NCBI GenBank assembly: GCA_973851085.1
Contig: OZ316776.1
Coordinates: forward strand, 8,122,001 to 8,186,000
DNA length: 64,000 nucleotides
Origin: Ptychomitrium polyphyllum
Taxonomy: Eukaryota
Direction of reading: 5' to 3'
Shown here: in pieces, positions 1 through 14,296 of the stretch
How positions within the stretch are numbered: position 1 is the first letter of the stretch
Layout: each line of letters opens with the position of its first letter
Position numbers and translations under genes: made by a program
Notes under the pieces: generated by a model
Seen by the model: the letters and a program-made list of their open reading frames with translations, nothing else
The model's database searches: none
What the model was told of the DNA's origin: nothing

Positions 1-1507
1 CACCTTTTTCACTGCTACACTAATTAAGATGATGAGTATACCTGTCATTTAACGGCAGTATCACGCCACCCATATTTAATCCCGACGCCGAATGCAGGTT
101 CACTGTAAATGGTTCATGTACTCATACCTTATCTACTGCTATAGAGTACTACATGGATATCAAAAATCAATCAATCGGTAATAGGTGCTTTTGACCTTTT
201 CGACTTTAGCGGTGCCATTTTCGGGGATTTTTTATAAAAGCGCAGTCATCAAAATAGTTGTTTTAGAACATTTGCAGTATAATGCAGATGACCTCACATT
301 CCAAGGTGTTGTAGGCTTGACAAGAAGACAGTTTTAACCACTTCGTAAATTGTGAGTCGTGCTTAAATGCACAAAAGTCCTACTTTATAGGAATTGCAAA
401 GCTGGGGAAGTAGGACCACAATGCCGAAGTCACATGGGAGCCACAAAAAGACAGGCATGTAGGAGGAGAATATGGTTGAGTTATGAATCAGAGGTCCTAA
501 TGTGACGGACATCGCCATGAAGAACACACAATTCTCAGAAGTCTCATGGGTCAGGGCAGGGAAATCATCAATTGCACTACGAGGATGTTGCTAAATAAAT
601 ACAAGGAAGTCAACCAACTACTCCTTGATCGTTGAAGTGAGACCAACTGTTGTACACATAATCTGTTAAGCGTCCAGCTACACAACCCTTACATAAAAAC
701 GTAAGACATAACTAATGGGAAGTTCTACACCAAGGTTGGAGGCTCTTCATACACTATCTACTTGTTGCGCTTCGCTGGAGTGAAGCGCTTCGCATAAGTG
801 GAATCGCACTATTAACCACTCTAAGACGACAGTATTAGTAGGTGTTGGGACCTCCTATATACAAGACATGGTTACTAAACCGAAATTTCAATCTCTCAGG
901 TGATGTACAGCACTTGGCTCCCGAGACTGAACTACGGTAATCTCCAAGCCTCTCCATTTTTGATTCGAAACAAGACCGCTTCACAGTGGAGGCAACACGT
1001 GCTCCGAAGCCGAGTACACAGAAACTATTTGCTCACGTGCTCAACCACAGCTTGCAAAACCTAAGTGTACGAGTCATCTGCCATTCAATATTGAAATGAC
1101 TGGTCAACCCCATCAATCAAGGCTAGTGACTACCTCGATCAACCCTCCAGTGCCTCCGCAAATGTAGTACAAGCTCCCCACCTCACGTAGCTCACTCTTC
1201 AGAACTGAAAAGCTAATCCCCATACCCAGGTCAGTGAATGAGTAACCCCTACAAGAGAGAACGAATGCTAAGGTATAAGGGGGCAGAAAGGTGTGCATCA
1301 AGGGAGAAGAAGATGATACAGCAGTAAGTTCAGGGCAAGATCCAAGAAGGAGCACGACTTCCAAATGAGTCCTTGGGTACAAGATGGTACTCTCGAATAT
1401 GGTTTACTTGAATTGGACAACCAGTAAATATTCTCCCTCATGAACAGTAAATCACTCATCTGCACACAACCCCCCTGTACCCCGTTTAAAACTATAAACA
1501 GGATCTC

Positions 1508-3890
1508 TCACCCAGCAGGAGAGTTTTCCAAACCCAATTGCAAATCTAGACCACTGTTAGACGCCCCACCCCCAGGCACCCCAACTCCACTAAATGGCCG
1601 CTGTGTTAACTGCTGTAAGGCCTTAGGAGGAGCCTGAGCTTGGGGTCGTAATACATTCTCCGTTCTCATACCCTCCGGACCATTCGCCAACGGAAATTTT
1701 GCCGAAGACATACCTGCTTGGGAATGCGACCATGGCTGGGGCTGTGAATGCATCCCCTGCGGTGGTACTGCAAACATGTTGGGGTACTCTGGGTACCGCA
1801 TGTAATCACCGTACATGGATGCAAAAGTTGGTCTAGACCCGAGAAAGCTCATTCCAAATGGACCATAGTAGAAGAAATAAGGTGATGGTGGACACTGCAT
1901 ACCCTGGGGCATACACTGAGGCACAGGGTGAGGGAACGCATGGTTTGGTACGCCACCATTCATCAAGGACATGCCATGTGCCATTGGAGCCATACCCTCA
2001 CATGTACCCATGCTAGCAGCATGCGGTGGCATCAGCTGCGAGCCGTGCGAGACGTGGTTTCCGGGAAACTGTGACGAATGAGGAGCAACTAACCGGGACA
2101 CATGAGGTGTCACGAGCTGCTGCCCAGGGTAACACTGGCGAACATTATAGCCGCTCCTCCCAACCCAACCAGAATTTCTATCAGAATTCTGTGAAGCTAC
2201 TCTGTTTGCGTGCAGCTGTGCACGCTTGGCCTCCTGCCGCTCCCTCTTGTGTGCATTCTGATGACCACCCAGAGCCTGAGAGCTAGCAAATTCCCTCAGG
2301 CAAAATTGGCACTCATACTTGCGATTCTCCCATAAAGGAGCAGTAGAATCTGAACAGTCGTTGGCGACTTCCGTAGAAAGATGTGCGGAACTGCCTCCAG
2401 CACATTCGGCAGCAGCGTCATCACATTGCTCTAGAACAGCGTCGTCGTCAGCAGAGCCTCGGGCAGCACTCCCGGAGATGGACCGAGAGGCCAGCGACTG
2501 CGACTCTCCTGCCTCGCTTGCAACATGTTCTTTGGATGAGTTCTCAGCAATTTTCTCCACAGTACTTAAGCTACCCTCTCCAGGCTTACCATCTCCAGTC
2601 ATATCCTCCCCAGCCTTCACTGAAGCTGGTGGATGTTTAATCTCGAAACCAAAGAGCTTCATTGTTTTTGATGCTCTCTCTCGAATTGCAGCATCTCTGA
2701 TAACCATAGAACTAGGTCCTTCTTGACTCATATCTGCGCTGGAAGCTGAAGTTCCTGACCTGACTTCATACTGTGAATCCATGGCCGAGTGACCGCCACA
2801 GACAGGAGGTATCGAATAAGAGCAGTTAGCTAATGTCGCCCGATCAGAAACAGTATTGCGGGGTTGTGAACGCAGACCAGCAGTTGTAATGCCCAAACTC
2901 TCAGCGTCCAAAACTGGTTCCCCGTTGGACATAAACAGGCTATAAGGAGGTCCTGATGCACTGCCTTGAATACTGGCATTCGTCAGTACATGTTGCATCC
3001 TCCGTTCCGGACTCTGGTCATCGTTACCGTCTCTCGGCTCCGTCAGAGTTTCAGTAGAATCACCAGTGACTTGTGTTTCTCTCCCCACCTGCAACTTTTA
3101 CAGCCCCCACTAGTGAGTGGCAAGGCTCTTACACACACACCAGTCTAGAAACCAAACATGCAACATCATTACTCTCATCACATCAAAGTTCTGACACATC
3201 AGACCTACGTCAAATCGACCTCTTACAGAAGCACGAGACGAAAGTCAGATAAGCTTAACGCAAGCAGTTTGTAACTTGAAAGTAAGAAACTGGTAAAACA
3301 AAAAGATAGCATGACATGCATAGCACCTCTCCTGCACTTTGCGAATCTACCGAGGTCTGTGAAACGGGTTGTACATGGCTAGCGTTGGCTTGTGCCGCAG
3401 ATTTGTTCCTGCAGAAACTAGCACCTCCATCTTCGCCGGGCCCCCCATCCATGACAGAAACCTCCACACGCTTCACGCTACTGCCGTGGCCCCGACCCTC
3501 AAAAGGTTGAGTGTCCTCCGCGGCACTGCCCCACGGCCGGTCTACTGATGATTCAAGGCAAGCCCTCTTCCGTTTCCCGCATTCATTAGAAAGGTCATTC
3601 CCATCTCCAGCGCTGGGCTGGTCTCCGCCCCTTGCCAGCCGTGCATGATGCACGGCTGCAGAATGATCCAGCGCGTCCTCCCCACCCTCACCCAACAGCC
3701 GGCTGACGCCACTCAAAATCTCCACCTCGTAATCACTTCCCTGTGCCTCTTTCTCTCCACGCCTATTCGCAATTACCCCATTCCCATTCTTCTCACCACT
3801 AATACTGCTGGATACCTTATGAAACCTGTCGTCATCGTACACAGACTGAGAGCTGGACACATGCAGAAGCGCCGCCACTGAACTTGTCAT
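1508..3890 (-). CDS. Single C2H2 zinc-finger transcriptional repressor (GIS/ZFP-like); coding exons 3890-3327 and 3088-1508, ~714 aa
   Basis: CQFCLREFASSQALGGHQNAHKRER plant C2H2 finger, internal KLFGF motif and C-terminal EAR motif LDLQLGL. A phase-0 GT..AG intron (3089-3326) joins ORFs 3255..3890 and 1508..3094 in frame. Confidence 0.88.
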
Positions 3891-6684
3891 CCGAACAAGC
3901 GCTCAACTCGAAAACTCTTCTCCTTCCTCTTGCACCCCCACCCCCTCCCCTCTCCCCCCTCTTCCATCCCCTCTCCCTCTCCCGCTCACGCTCTCTACGT
4001 CGCTTCAAACAAAACAATGATAATAACTACGCCGCCTTCTCCTCACTAAATTAGATCCTACCTTCCGCTCATCTCATCTCATCTCATCTCAACTTATCTT
4101 TAGAGACAGGCATGCCCATATTCACGCTCATAATCCGTACACAACCATTCCGGAATTACAACCATAACACAGTCCCTACAACAGCCCGGTAACTCCACCT
4201 GATCCCACAACAACCCTCACCCCATCACTCCACCCCCTCGCCCGCCTCTCATTCTCTGACCCCTCCCGCACCTCCATCCCATACCCCATTTACATGCTGC
4301 CCCATCCTGTTGTACCAGTGTCGCTACCGCCCCAGCCCTCTCTCCCACCGTCAACGTCGTCGTCGTCGTCACAGCCGCGGCTTCCTCGCCCGACGACTCC
4401 CCACCATCCTCACCCGCCCCTCTCCGTCTCTTCTTGCCCATACCCTACACCACCGCCCAAGACCACATGCAAACCCAACGGACAGGGATTCTCGTCACCG
4501 TAGGTGAGGTCCTCGAAGAATCACGGGCCGCAACTGCACCAGCAGAAGTAGCAGCAAAGCGCGAGACGAGATGCGCGCACATCTGGTGTGCATGAAAACC
4601 TATCTTGGGGAGGTGCCAGAGCTTTTCAGAGTGCGAGCGTCCACCGTCGAGCGACCAGCTCCAGCCTTAGGCAGGAAGAAAGAAAGGCCAAAGAAATAAA
4701 AAATAAAGAAAAACAGCAGAAATATAAAAAAAATGATTAAATAAGTAACCAACAGAACGATAGACCCGAAAGTGGTCACTGGCTCTGGACTGTCGCTCGC
4801 TGATTGGTTGCGAGCTTTCTCTTTCGCCCTCCAGGTTCGAGTCCCTGGCTCTGATTCCATGGCCACCAGCCTCTACCATCCTCCACCACCAGATAGGGGG
4901 CCCACCCCGGCACTATATGGCCAGAGCCGGGCCGTGACCTGGCCCGACCTGGAGCCTTCCTTCGTTCGACTGAGTTACTCCTTGGAGCACCGGAAACTGG
5001 TACTGTATCTCCTGCATATGCACGACGTGGCGGGTGGAATTTGTTCACACCGCCCGCTCGTCACGACCACAGTGGGCAGTCCCTCACAGAGATCCAACAG
5101 AAGAGCCAAGTTGGGATTTCGAGGTGACACTGCAGTATTGTGGTTGGTGGGCCAGGATGAGGGTTACAACTTATAACGTGCTGCTCCTTTGGACCCCTTT
5201 GATCAACGACCCAGTACATTCGTTGAGGTTGGTGGTTCAAGTTGAGCACTTGGCATTTAAGTTATGCCCGATAACCTACTTGATGTTGTTGCATCTTGTT
5301 GGTTATCCAGTTCATATTGTTGTAGCACTCAACTGTGCAGCAATTGGACGAGTGTTTTGTTGCTTGCAGATTATCAGGTTATATACTGTATCACGTTTCA
5401 GCAGGGAGCTTTTACATGTTTCATGAGAAAATAAATTTATCTAAAATGAAAACTGAAATCCTCTTGTGTACAATGTATGATTATACTTTGTAAGGAACTG
5501 ATTTGATGGCGTAATATTAAACTTTGTACATGATTTCTTTTTAAATTTAGTTTTGTTTCACTTATTTCAATATTCAACAAATTATGCGGATGAAATCTAC
5601 ACTTTTATTGTATTAGAAAGGCCTACAATTTCATAGGTTGAAGAGTCCTCACTTCTTTTTTCATTCAAGATATTTGAAAAGTAATGTAATTTATTCTTAT
5701 GCAATTTAAAATTAATAAGTTGTTAATTTGATTGGATTTTTTAAGATTGTCATGTCATTCAATTTGAAAGTCTAATATGATTGGTTCTTATAAAATTGTA
5801 TTTTTTGATTTGGTTCAATTAATACAAAGAACAATAAGTTTGTTATTCAAATTTGACTATTCATATTTCATTTATAGCTCTTAGAGTCAAAATATGTTTT
5901 AAGTATTTATAGGAGCATAAATGTTGTAAAAATGATACAATTAACATCTATTGCCATTGTTATAAAATCTCATTTCAATTTGATATTTCACACCAATTTT
6001 TAAGCTAATTTAACAAAGTTTTATTAAATCAATATGAAATTATAATAATAAATTGTTAAAATTTATAGAAGAATTTCTATTGGCCTATTCAAAGTCTCCT
6101 CATTAAAATAATGATTGCATCTTACACTTCATTATAAGTAGAAAATGATATTGTTTTCATAATAATTGATAAATTATATGCCATCATTTAAAAATAAAGA
6201 TGTTTCTTCATTTCTAATCAAATTAATAAATACCAAATACTTACATCATATACAATATAGCAATACAAATAAATATTGATATTTATTTCAATACAAGTAC
6301 TATTACAATGAAACATTAATGATTTTTTCAAAAAGAACAATTGCAAATATTAAAGAATAATAATTTTTGTTTTAAAACAATTGCTCATTTAAAAGAACCT
6401 TAAAGTTTGTGTAAAGGAACTCATCAAAGTGCATGCCATTACTTGAAAACAACAATTTAAATAATATAGGAAATTTTTTAAGTCTTTTTAGAACCATTTC
6501 ATTACAATGATTGTTATCAAATAATGCATCTCACATACTAGTACATGAAGATACAAAGACAAGTGCCAAGCTATATGCCATATCTAAGAACAATGATTAA
6601 TCTTACATGGAAGTTTCTTCATACTCTTTTATATTCACTTTATTAAAATAATGGTTATCAGACAAATACAACTGTCATATCAAA

Positions 6685-6791
6685 TACATCTTTCACATCA
6701 GTGCATAAAGACATTGATGTTACATCTCTCACATCAGTGCAGGAAGATATTGATGTTACATCTCTCATATTATGCACAAAATCATTGATGT
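6685..6791. repeat. Three tandem ~36-bp units (TACATCTCTCACATCAGTGCA...ATTGATGT)
   Basis: Units at 6685-6720, 6721-6756 and 6757-6791; weaker copies near 6118, 6527, 6828 and 6994. Confidence 0.75.
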
Positions 6792-9700
6792 TTATAGTAG
6801 CCGCCAAAATGGCTGTTATTGGATAGATACATCTCTATATTACTACATGTGGATGTTGATGTTTATTTTAGAGCAATCACCAAATAGAATGCAATCATTT
6901 GAAAGGATAAAGATAATAATAATTTTATATAAAAACATATTTTAAAGCTCCTTTGAAGTCACATCATTCATATAACAGTTGCTAAATGATAATATATTAT
7001 ATACTAGTACAAAAAGACATTGATGCATATTTAAAGTGCTATTGCCAAATAACATGTCATTACATGAAAAAACATATACTTTTTATTTAGTAGTTTTATT
7101 AAATCGTTTTGTTAAATTAATAAATCCAAAATGAATACATTTTACATAAAATATTTAAAAACAACAACTTTGATTTCAATGAAGTGTAAAATAAACATTC
7201 CATTGTCATTTTTAAAATACTAATATTTTGAAAAGAATATACATTAATTCTTATTTTTAAAATTAATTATATTGGAAATTATTATTAATTCAATTGTAAA
7301 AACATGGATTTTTTAAATATGAAAAAGCATATTGAGCAGTACTATATAAATATGGATTGTTGATTATTGACAATATATTGCATACATTAATCAAAAGCAT
7401 TGTATTCATTATATAGTACATAACAAAATATCGACCATTAAATTTAATGACAACAAATCTAGACTTTTCAATCACATTGCTTTTCTAAAGCTAAAAATAA
7501 AAATACATGCATTTTTTACATACATATACATGCATTGACATATGATACATTGATTTTTACAATTATAGTTATTATTTGTTATTATTTTAAAATCCTTTTT
7601 AATTTGGTATTATATTTAATCAATAGTGTCTTCTTAAATGCAGCAATCAAAAAATTATTATTATTTTAAAAAAAATCTAATTTTTAACATTACAAATTCA
7701 TGCTTGATTTATACATCTTTGAAATATAATCTTAAATTGTTTTCTTTATTAATTGATGTATTTTATTAAAAAATTAATTACATTTTTATATTATGTTTCA
7801 TTTTATAATCATATTTGCACTTAGCTTGCTTAATTTAATAATCATTCAATATATGTTTATAATTTTTAATGAATTTTATTTTAAAGATGTTTTAAATGTT
7901 TTGTTCTAATTTTTCGTACTTATATTAAAGTTTTCTTTAAAAACCACATTTGGTTATTAATTGTCTTTTCAAATTCTTTCCAACTTATAGATGTATCTAT
8001 TATTTACATGTATCAGATTTCTAATAGATGTATACTTTTGCTTATTCAAATATAAATGCTTATTTAATTATAAATGCTTATTCAAATATAAATTTGATGC
8101 TTTTTATATTTGAAATTCATTATTTTCTTAGCATCTTTTGTATTTCATTTATATTTATGATCAATTATTGCAAATATTGTAAATTGATCATCATAAGCAT
8201 TTCATACCATTTTAGTATAAATCTTATAATTAATATTATTAGTAATTCACATTGATATAAAAATTCGTTTTGGTAATAAAAATAACATCAATTTAATATC
8301 TAGTTTTCTTTGTTATTGTGCCTTTAGAAGAATATCAGTTTAAGTAAATTGATTAATCACCAATTTGTAATAAACTAAATGTATACAGTTAGTATGTATA
8401 ATACATCATTTTCATTCAAAGTGTATTTTTGTGACGCATATGCAAAAATTCAACAATGATTTTTATATCTTTAAATGTTTTTAGATTAAAAAACCCAATT
8501 AGAATAAAAAACTTATTTAGTACGAATTTTTTTTTCAGAAATTCCTAAATTAAATTTTTGTAGATAAAAACCTTCAACTTATAAATTTTGATGTAACACT
8601 TTGTGGATATTCATATGGAAAAAATGTCATCTTTCTCTTATATAAGTTTTAATTTTTTTTAATTGAGGTTTGTTACAGTCACTTCAAAGTCTTTTTGTTT
8701 TTGAATAAATTTGGATAAAGGTTGTTGATCTTAAAATTGAAAAAACGAATTTAAGAAATGTAATTATATTCTTTATATAGGAATAATTTCAAAATAATCA
8801 CATTACAAAATTTTGATTTAGTAACAACTTTATATTGAAGAATTATGACATTGTTATTCAAAAGCTTATGGCATTCAAATCAGCAGTAAACGAGATGTAA
8901 TTCCATCAAAATACCATATAATATAGGCAAATAAATGTAATAGATTCAAAACTATTATGGCTATCTTTATATTTATAAATGTTGGCTTTGAAGTCTATAA
9001 AACCTTTAATAAAATTAGAATCAAATATTTTTTTGAGTTTGTTTAGTTTTCATATCACATTATTTATGAGTAATTTTAAAACTTCAAAGATTTTATATCC
9101 ATCTTTTTTGGATGGGACTAAGATTTCAATGACTTCAAAGGCTTTTGAACCATGATACAAATGATAAATAAAGATTAGTAAAATCTCAATAATATATGCT
9201 TTGAACATTCTTCAAGGATCCTTTTAAAAACCTTCATCAAAATCAAAGTGCAAAATTTTGATGTCAAAGAAACAATTTCATATTTTTGGAGCAAATTCAA
9301 GTGAAGCTTCAAGCCATATATAAACAGAACTTAATAATTTGAAATTCCACATCCACTTGGTTTATAATTAAATAAGTTAATTATACTTTGTTGCTACTTA
9401 CTTCTCTTCTCATCACTAACAAATGTTACCATAGTCCACAATATATAGTGATTTTGTTAATTAAATTACAAAACATATTCCTTAGCTCTATTTTTCAAAA
9501 ACAAAAACAACATTAATTAATTAATTTTTATAAAGTGAATTGGGCCAATCAGAAGCTATTACACCTTTTTTTTATGTTGTAATAACAACAAAACAATTAT
9601 GAACTTATTGAAGAGTTGTGGTCTTTTTCTTTTAATACTTGAGAATATTCTAATGAAGTATTAATACTTGATGGTTTTTATTTATTTATTTAGATGTTTG

Positions 9701-11173
9701 GATCCAAAATCATAAATTAATCTAATTTTAAGTTACTAATATATATTTGGATTTATTTTTGATTATAAATTCTTCATTAGAACCTCATTTATATTTTAAC
9801 ATGTAATTTTATTAACACTTTGTTAATGTTTAATTTATATTTTCAACACTTTCAATTCATCTATCATTTATCAATGGCTAGTAAATATATTTTTAATTTT
9901 GGACTTAAAAAATCTATAATTTATTAAAGTTTTGAAAACAAAAGTGGTTTGAATCTTTACACAATAGTTTGCATGCACTCATTTTGTACATTCAAATATT
10001 AAAATAAAATTAACTTGGAGATATTTTCTTCTTTATGCCATTAAAGCCGTAGAATTTTTTTCCACCTAGAAAATATGAAGAAAATAGACAAAGGATTATA
10101 TTTTTCTTTGATTGATTTAAGATCTTTTGACAAAAGAAGAAAATACAAAAGACATGTGAAGCATGTAAATAGTTGACCATCTTATGTGTTTAGGATATTT
10201 TTGCAAATATTTTGTCAACTTGTGCTTAATCAGAACCCTTGTTATCTTTTAGTCCATTTTAAAAAAGTTTCCAAAAAGAATAATAACTTTTCTATCCCCT
10301 ACACTAAATGCTCATTTTTATTTGAGATCCAATTTAATATTTGACATAAAAAACAAAATTGAAAGCATCTTAGTACATGTATTTATAAATATTGCTTTTG
10401 ATGGTCATTTAGAAATCAGTTCTAATGATTGCATTGTAATAGCTTCAAGCCATGGTATGTTTTCATAATCAAAGACCTAACTTAAAAACTATAAACTCTT
10501 ACAAATTATTTCTAGATTATTTATTTGGCTTTTATTTAGAAAAAGTAAAATGCGTGAGTAAAAAATGAGAATTTTTTGTAAATGATAAGTTGCGAGCAAA
10601 AACAATTCGCACTTCTTTTTGAAATTTTGATTAAATTTAGAGTTTAAAGAACATCCATAATTGTAGATGACAATGAAATTTAATTAATTATTTTTTTACT
10701 TTGATAGGTAGTAACATGTAAGATTGTCTCAAACATTATAAATTTCTTATTGTACTTCATTTTTTGAATCATTTAATCTAAAATTATTTAATATAATGGA
10801 TTTTTAATTCTATAAAGTGATCATTCTTGTAGGTCTTTACATGCATATTTAATTATGATCAAATTATTACTTTATACATTTAATGTTTGACTTAATGAAA
10901 AAATGAATAATTGCTACATCTTATTCCTTAGTGTTAAACAATCAACTTGAATATGAATAAGAAGGATAAGCAAATCTCATGAAATTAGATTTTGCAAGAA
11001 AATCACCACGTCAAAGCAAAACTATAATTGTTGCAATTATATGGAAAAATACAATTAATTCAATAAACTATCTACAATCTTTCATAACCTCTCCTTCATA
11101 TGCAGACTCATCACATTACTTTAAAGTGAAAGGAAACCAATAAAATACCAAAAAGACAACACTTCAGGCCGCC

Positions 11174-14100
11174 AAAATATGGAACAAAGTACGTCCAAGG
11201 TATATTAGAAGTAAAGAGCTACAACAAAATACAAAGACAGGGCCAAAAGGTCTAAACTAGACGACAAAAGATGTGTTGTCAAGATTGAAATCTCTTCATC
11301 TTTGACTCCTATATTTACTAAGACTACAAGCCTTGGAAGCTTCTACTATATTGCTTTGTACTCAAGCAACCTCGAGTTCCTTCTTTGGAAGCTTTTTAAG
11401 CCCAAGTACCTTCTTTAGAAGCTTCATAAACCGAGGTAACTTCCTTGGAAGCTCCCTTAATCTTCCTTAACTTTTCTAGATGCTTCTGATATGTATGTTT
11501 ATAACATCACCTCTCCTTCTAGCTCCAAGGTCTTCTAAAAGCATGTTGCAACAAGTGTTCAAAGTCGTAAGAAATCAAAAATTTGTCGCATGGTGATTGC
11601 AACATACTCCAATTGCCTTTCACAATTCAAATGGTTCATGGATCTTTGTAACCACCAATAGTGTCCAATGCCTTCTACTTGGGACCAAGCATGAATTTCC
11701 ATATCTTTGTTGTGAAAACATCCTTCAAACACTACTTCTGGATAATCCTTGTGAGCTGGCTCCACTTCAAAAACAATCACCAATGATCTATTGTTAGATA
11801 TCCTGCAATGCCTTCTAGGTCCAATCTGTTTTTTGTCATGAGGTTGTCAACGCAAGCCACTTGATTGGGTTGATACCACCGGCATGGTGTCTATATCTTG
11901 GCTACCCATATCTAATATACCAAACTAATTTCAAAATAAAAAGACCTAGATTTTAAATCATGTATGGGGCTTTGGAAACTTATGGTCTAGAAATTGCTTC
12001 CTCTCTTTAAAAGTCCAAGCATCAAGAACCTTCGAGGTTACGCAACATTACTGAGCCATTATTCTTCGTGTTGCTACTTTTGGTTTGAATGGATGTTGTC
12101 GATGGAACTCACAAATTTTTATTGGTAAATTGACAAAATTGTTAGTTAGCTTCCATGTATGTTCATTGATGTCATATTTGCGCCAATGGACCAAGTATTC
12201 AAACTTCCACATTTTATTTGTGAATCAAGCAATTCTTCTACTTCAAACTCATGATGATCGTTAATTTTGACCACAAGTGGTGGCAGTTGCCTTTGTCCAT
12301 GGATAGTTAATTTCTTATAGGCTTCCAAAAGTAAAGCGTGGAAGACTAAATGTACTTTCATTAATGCTGGTAGTTCCAAACAATATGCCACGTGGTTGAC
12401 TTATTTTTGAATTGCAAATGATTCCAACCTGCAATAGTTCAATTTATCACATGACCTGTTGGTTCTTATAATGCGTCAAACTAACCACACCTTCTCACCA
12501 ACTTGAAATGGAGGTTGTTCCTTCTTTGATGCATCTGTTGCTATTTTGTATTGTTCTCAACCTTCTTCTAGTTGTATCTTCATAGTTGCTTGAAGCTCTG
12601 CTATTCTTGTGGCAAATTCCTCTGCTACTAGATTCTCAAATCGTGGAAGCTGTAACATATTCATCTTTGGATAATGTCCATAGTTGGAGTAGAACAACGT
12701 TTGTTGGATGGAAGCGTGAGCAGTATTGTTGTAGGCAAACTTAGCCAATGTTAAGTAGGAAGTTCAATCATCTTATTGATAGTTGATGGTACACCTCAAA
12801 TATTGCTTTAAGATTTTGTTGACTCGCTTTGTTTGGCCATCGGTATGAGGATGGAAGCTAGAAGAAAGTTTTATGTCTACCTCAAAGATTTCAAAGAGTG
12901 ACTTCTAAAATCTTGATACAAACTGTGGCCCACAATCCCATATAATGTTGTCGAACAATCCATGGTAGCGGTAGACATTATCCGTAAAGAGTGTATTAGT
13001 CTCTTTGCTTGTAATTATCTTTCTTGGAAGGTACAAAATATGCCATCTTGGTCAACTGGTCCACCACTACAAAGATGGTATCAAAAGAATTTTACGGTGG
13101 AAGATTTGTGATGTAATCTATGGAAAGAAAACGACCATGGTAACTTTGGAATAGGCAATGGTTGGAGAAGTTTGTATGGACGGTGTTGAGGGTTCTTTGA
13201 CCGACAGCAGGTTTTACATGAGAGTACAAACTCCTTAACGACCTTCCACATATGAGGACACCAAAAGTCGAGAGAGAGGAGTTCCAAAGTCTTATTGAAT
13301 CCAAAATGTCCAGCTACAGGAAAGTCATAACGTGTTTGAACTACATAAAGGCGAACTGGTCCTTTAGAAATATATAAACATTCTTCAAAGTATAGAAGGT
13401 TGTCTTTAAATTTGAAATTAGAAACATCTTCAAAGAGGTTGTTAGAATGATGCTTGATATCAAGAACAAGAAGGTCAGTTGTAAATGCCACACAAACCTG
13501 GTCAAGGAATGATGAATCCACTGGAGTTGAAACGGTGGTTGTACGTACATAAAATCGTTTGGGCTTCAACATAGTTGTTTATTGTTGATTGTGTGCTGCC
13601 TCTCCCTCTTTTGGCACAAGATATGACCGCCTTGATAGAGCAACTGGCAACCCTTGCTGTTTTTTAGATTGATATGTGATGCGGAAATCAAATCAAGATA
13701 GGGACATATTCCAACGACCTTAGCGGCGATTCAAAACCCGGACTAGCATGAAATATTCCAAGTTCTTGTGGTCTATATATACAATAACTAGATGCGTGGC
13801 ACCCTCAAACAAGTGGTGACATTCTTGGAAGGAATCCACAATTGCAAGGAGCTCCTTGCTGTGGATCTTGTAATTGATTTCTGCAGCTAATTTTTTTCTA
13901 GAATGGAATGCAACCGGATGGAGTCTCCCTTCTCCTCTTGGTTCCAACAATACTGCTCCTAATGCAAAGTCAAGAGCATTTGTGTCCATATAAAATGCCT
14001 TAAAAAAGTCCAGATGGTCTAGAATAGGAGCTATGGTAAAAGCTTGCTTAAAACTCTGAAATGCATCTTCGGCATTGGATTTCCATTCAAGCTTTTCCTT

Positions 14101-14296
14101 GCATGTTAATTGCATGAGTGGTGCAGCTGTTTGAGAATAGTCTTTGATAAAGATCCTGTAGAAGTTTGCAAATCTGAGAAAGCATTGGACATCACGTACC
14201 AATTTTGGTCTTGTCCAATTGCTGAATGCTTCAACTTTCTTTGGATCCATCAATAGTCCTTTGTTTAAGATGATATATCTAAGGAATTCCACTTGA
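11174..14296 (-). mobile_element. Inverted partial copy of the Ty3/gypsy element (end of RT, RNase H, integrase, chromodomain, PPT, truncated LTR 11174-11506)
   Basis: Reverse complement of 18887-22009 (paired coordinates sum to 33183). Paired ORF translations are identical across the shared segment. Confidence 0.95.

Noticed and set aside
2026..2726. Plus-strand ORFs of 85-135 aa
   Set aside because: Antisense shadows of the zinc-finger exon.
4217..5426. Several overlapping 60-134 aa ORFs upstream of the zinc-finger gene
   Set aside because: GC-rich, low-complexity promoter/5'UTR sequence with no recognisable domain.
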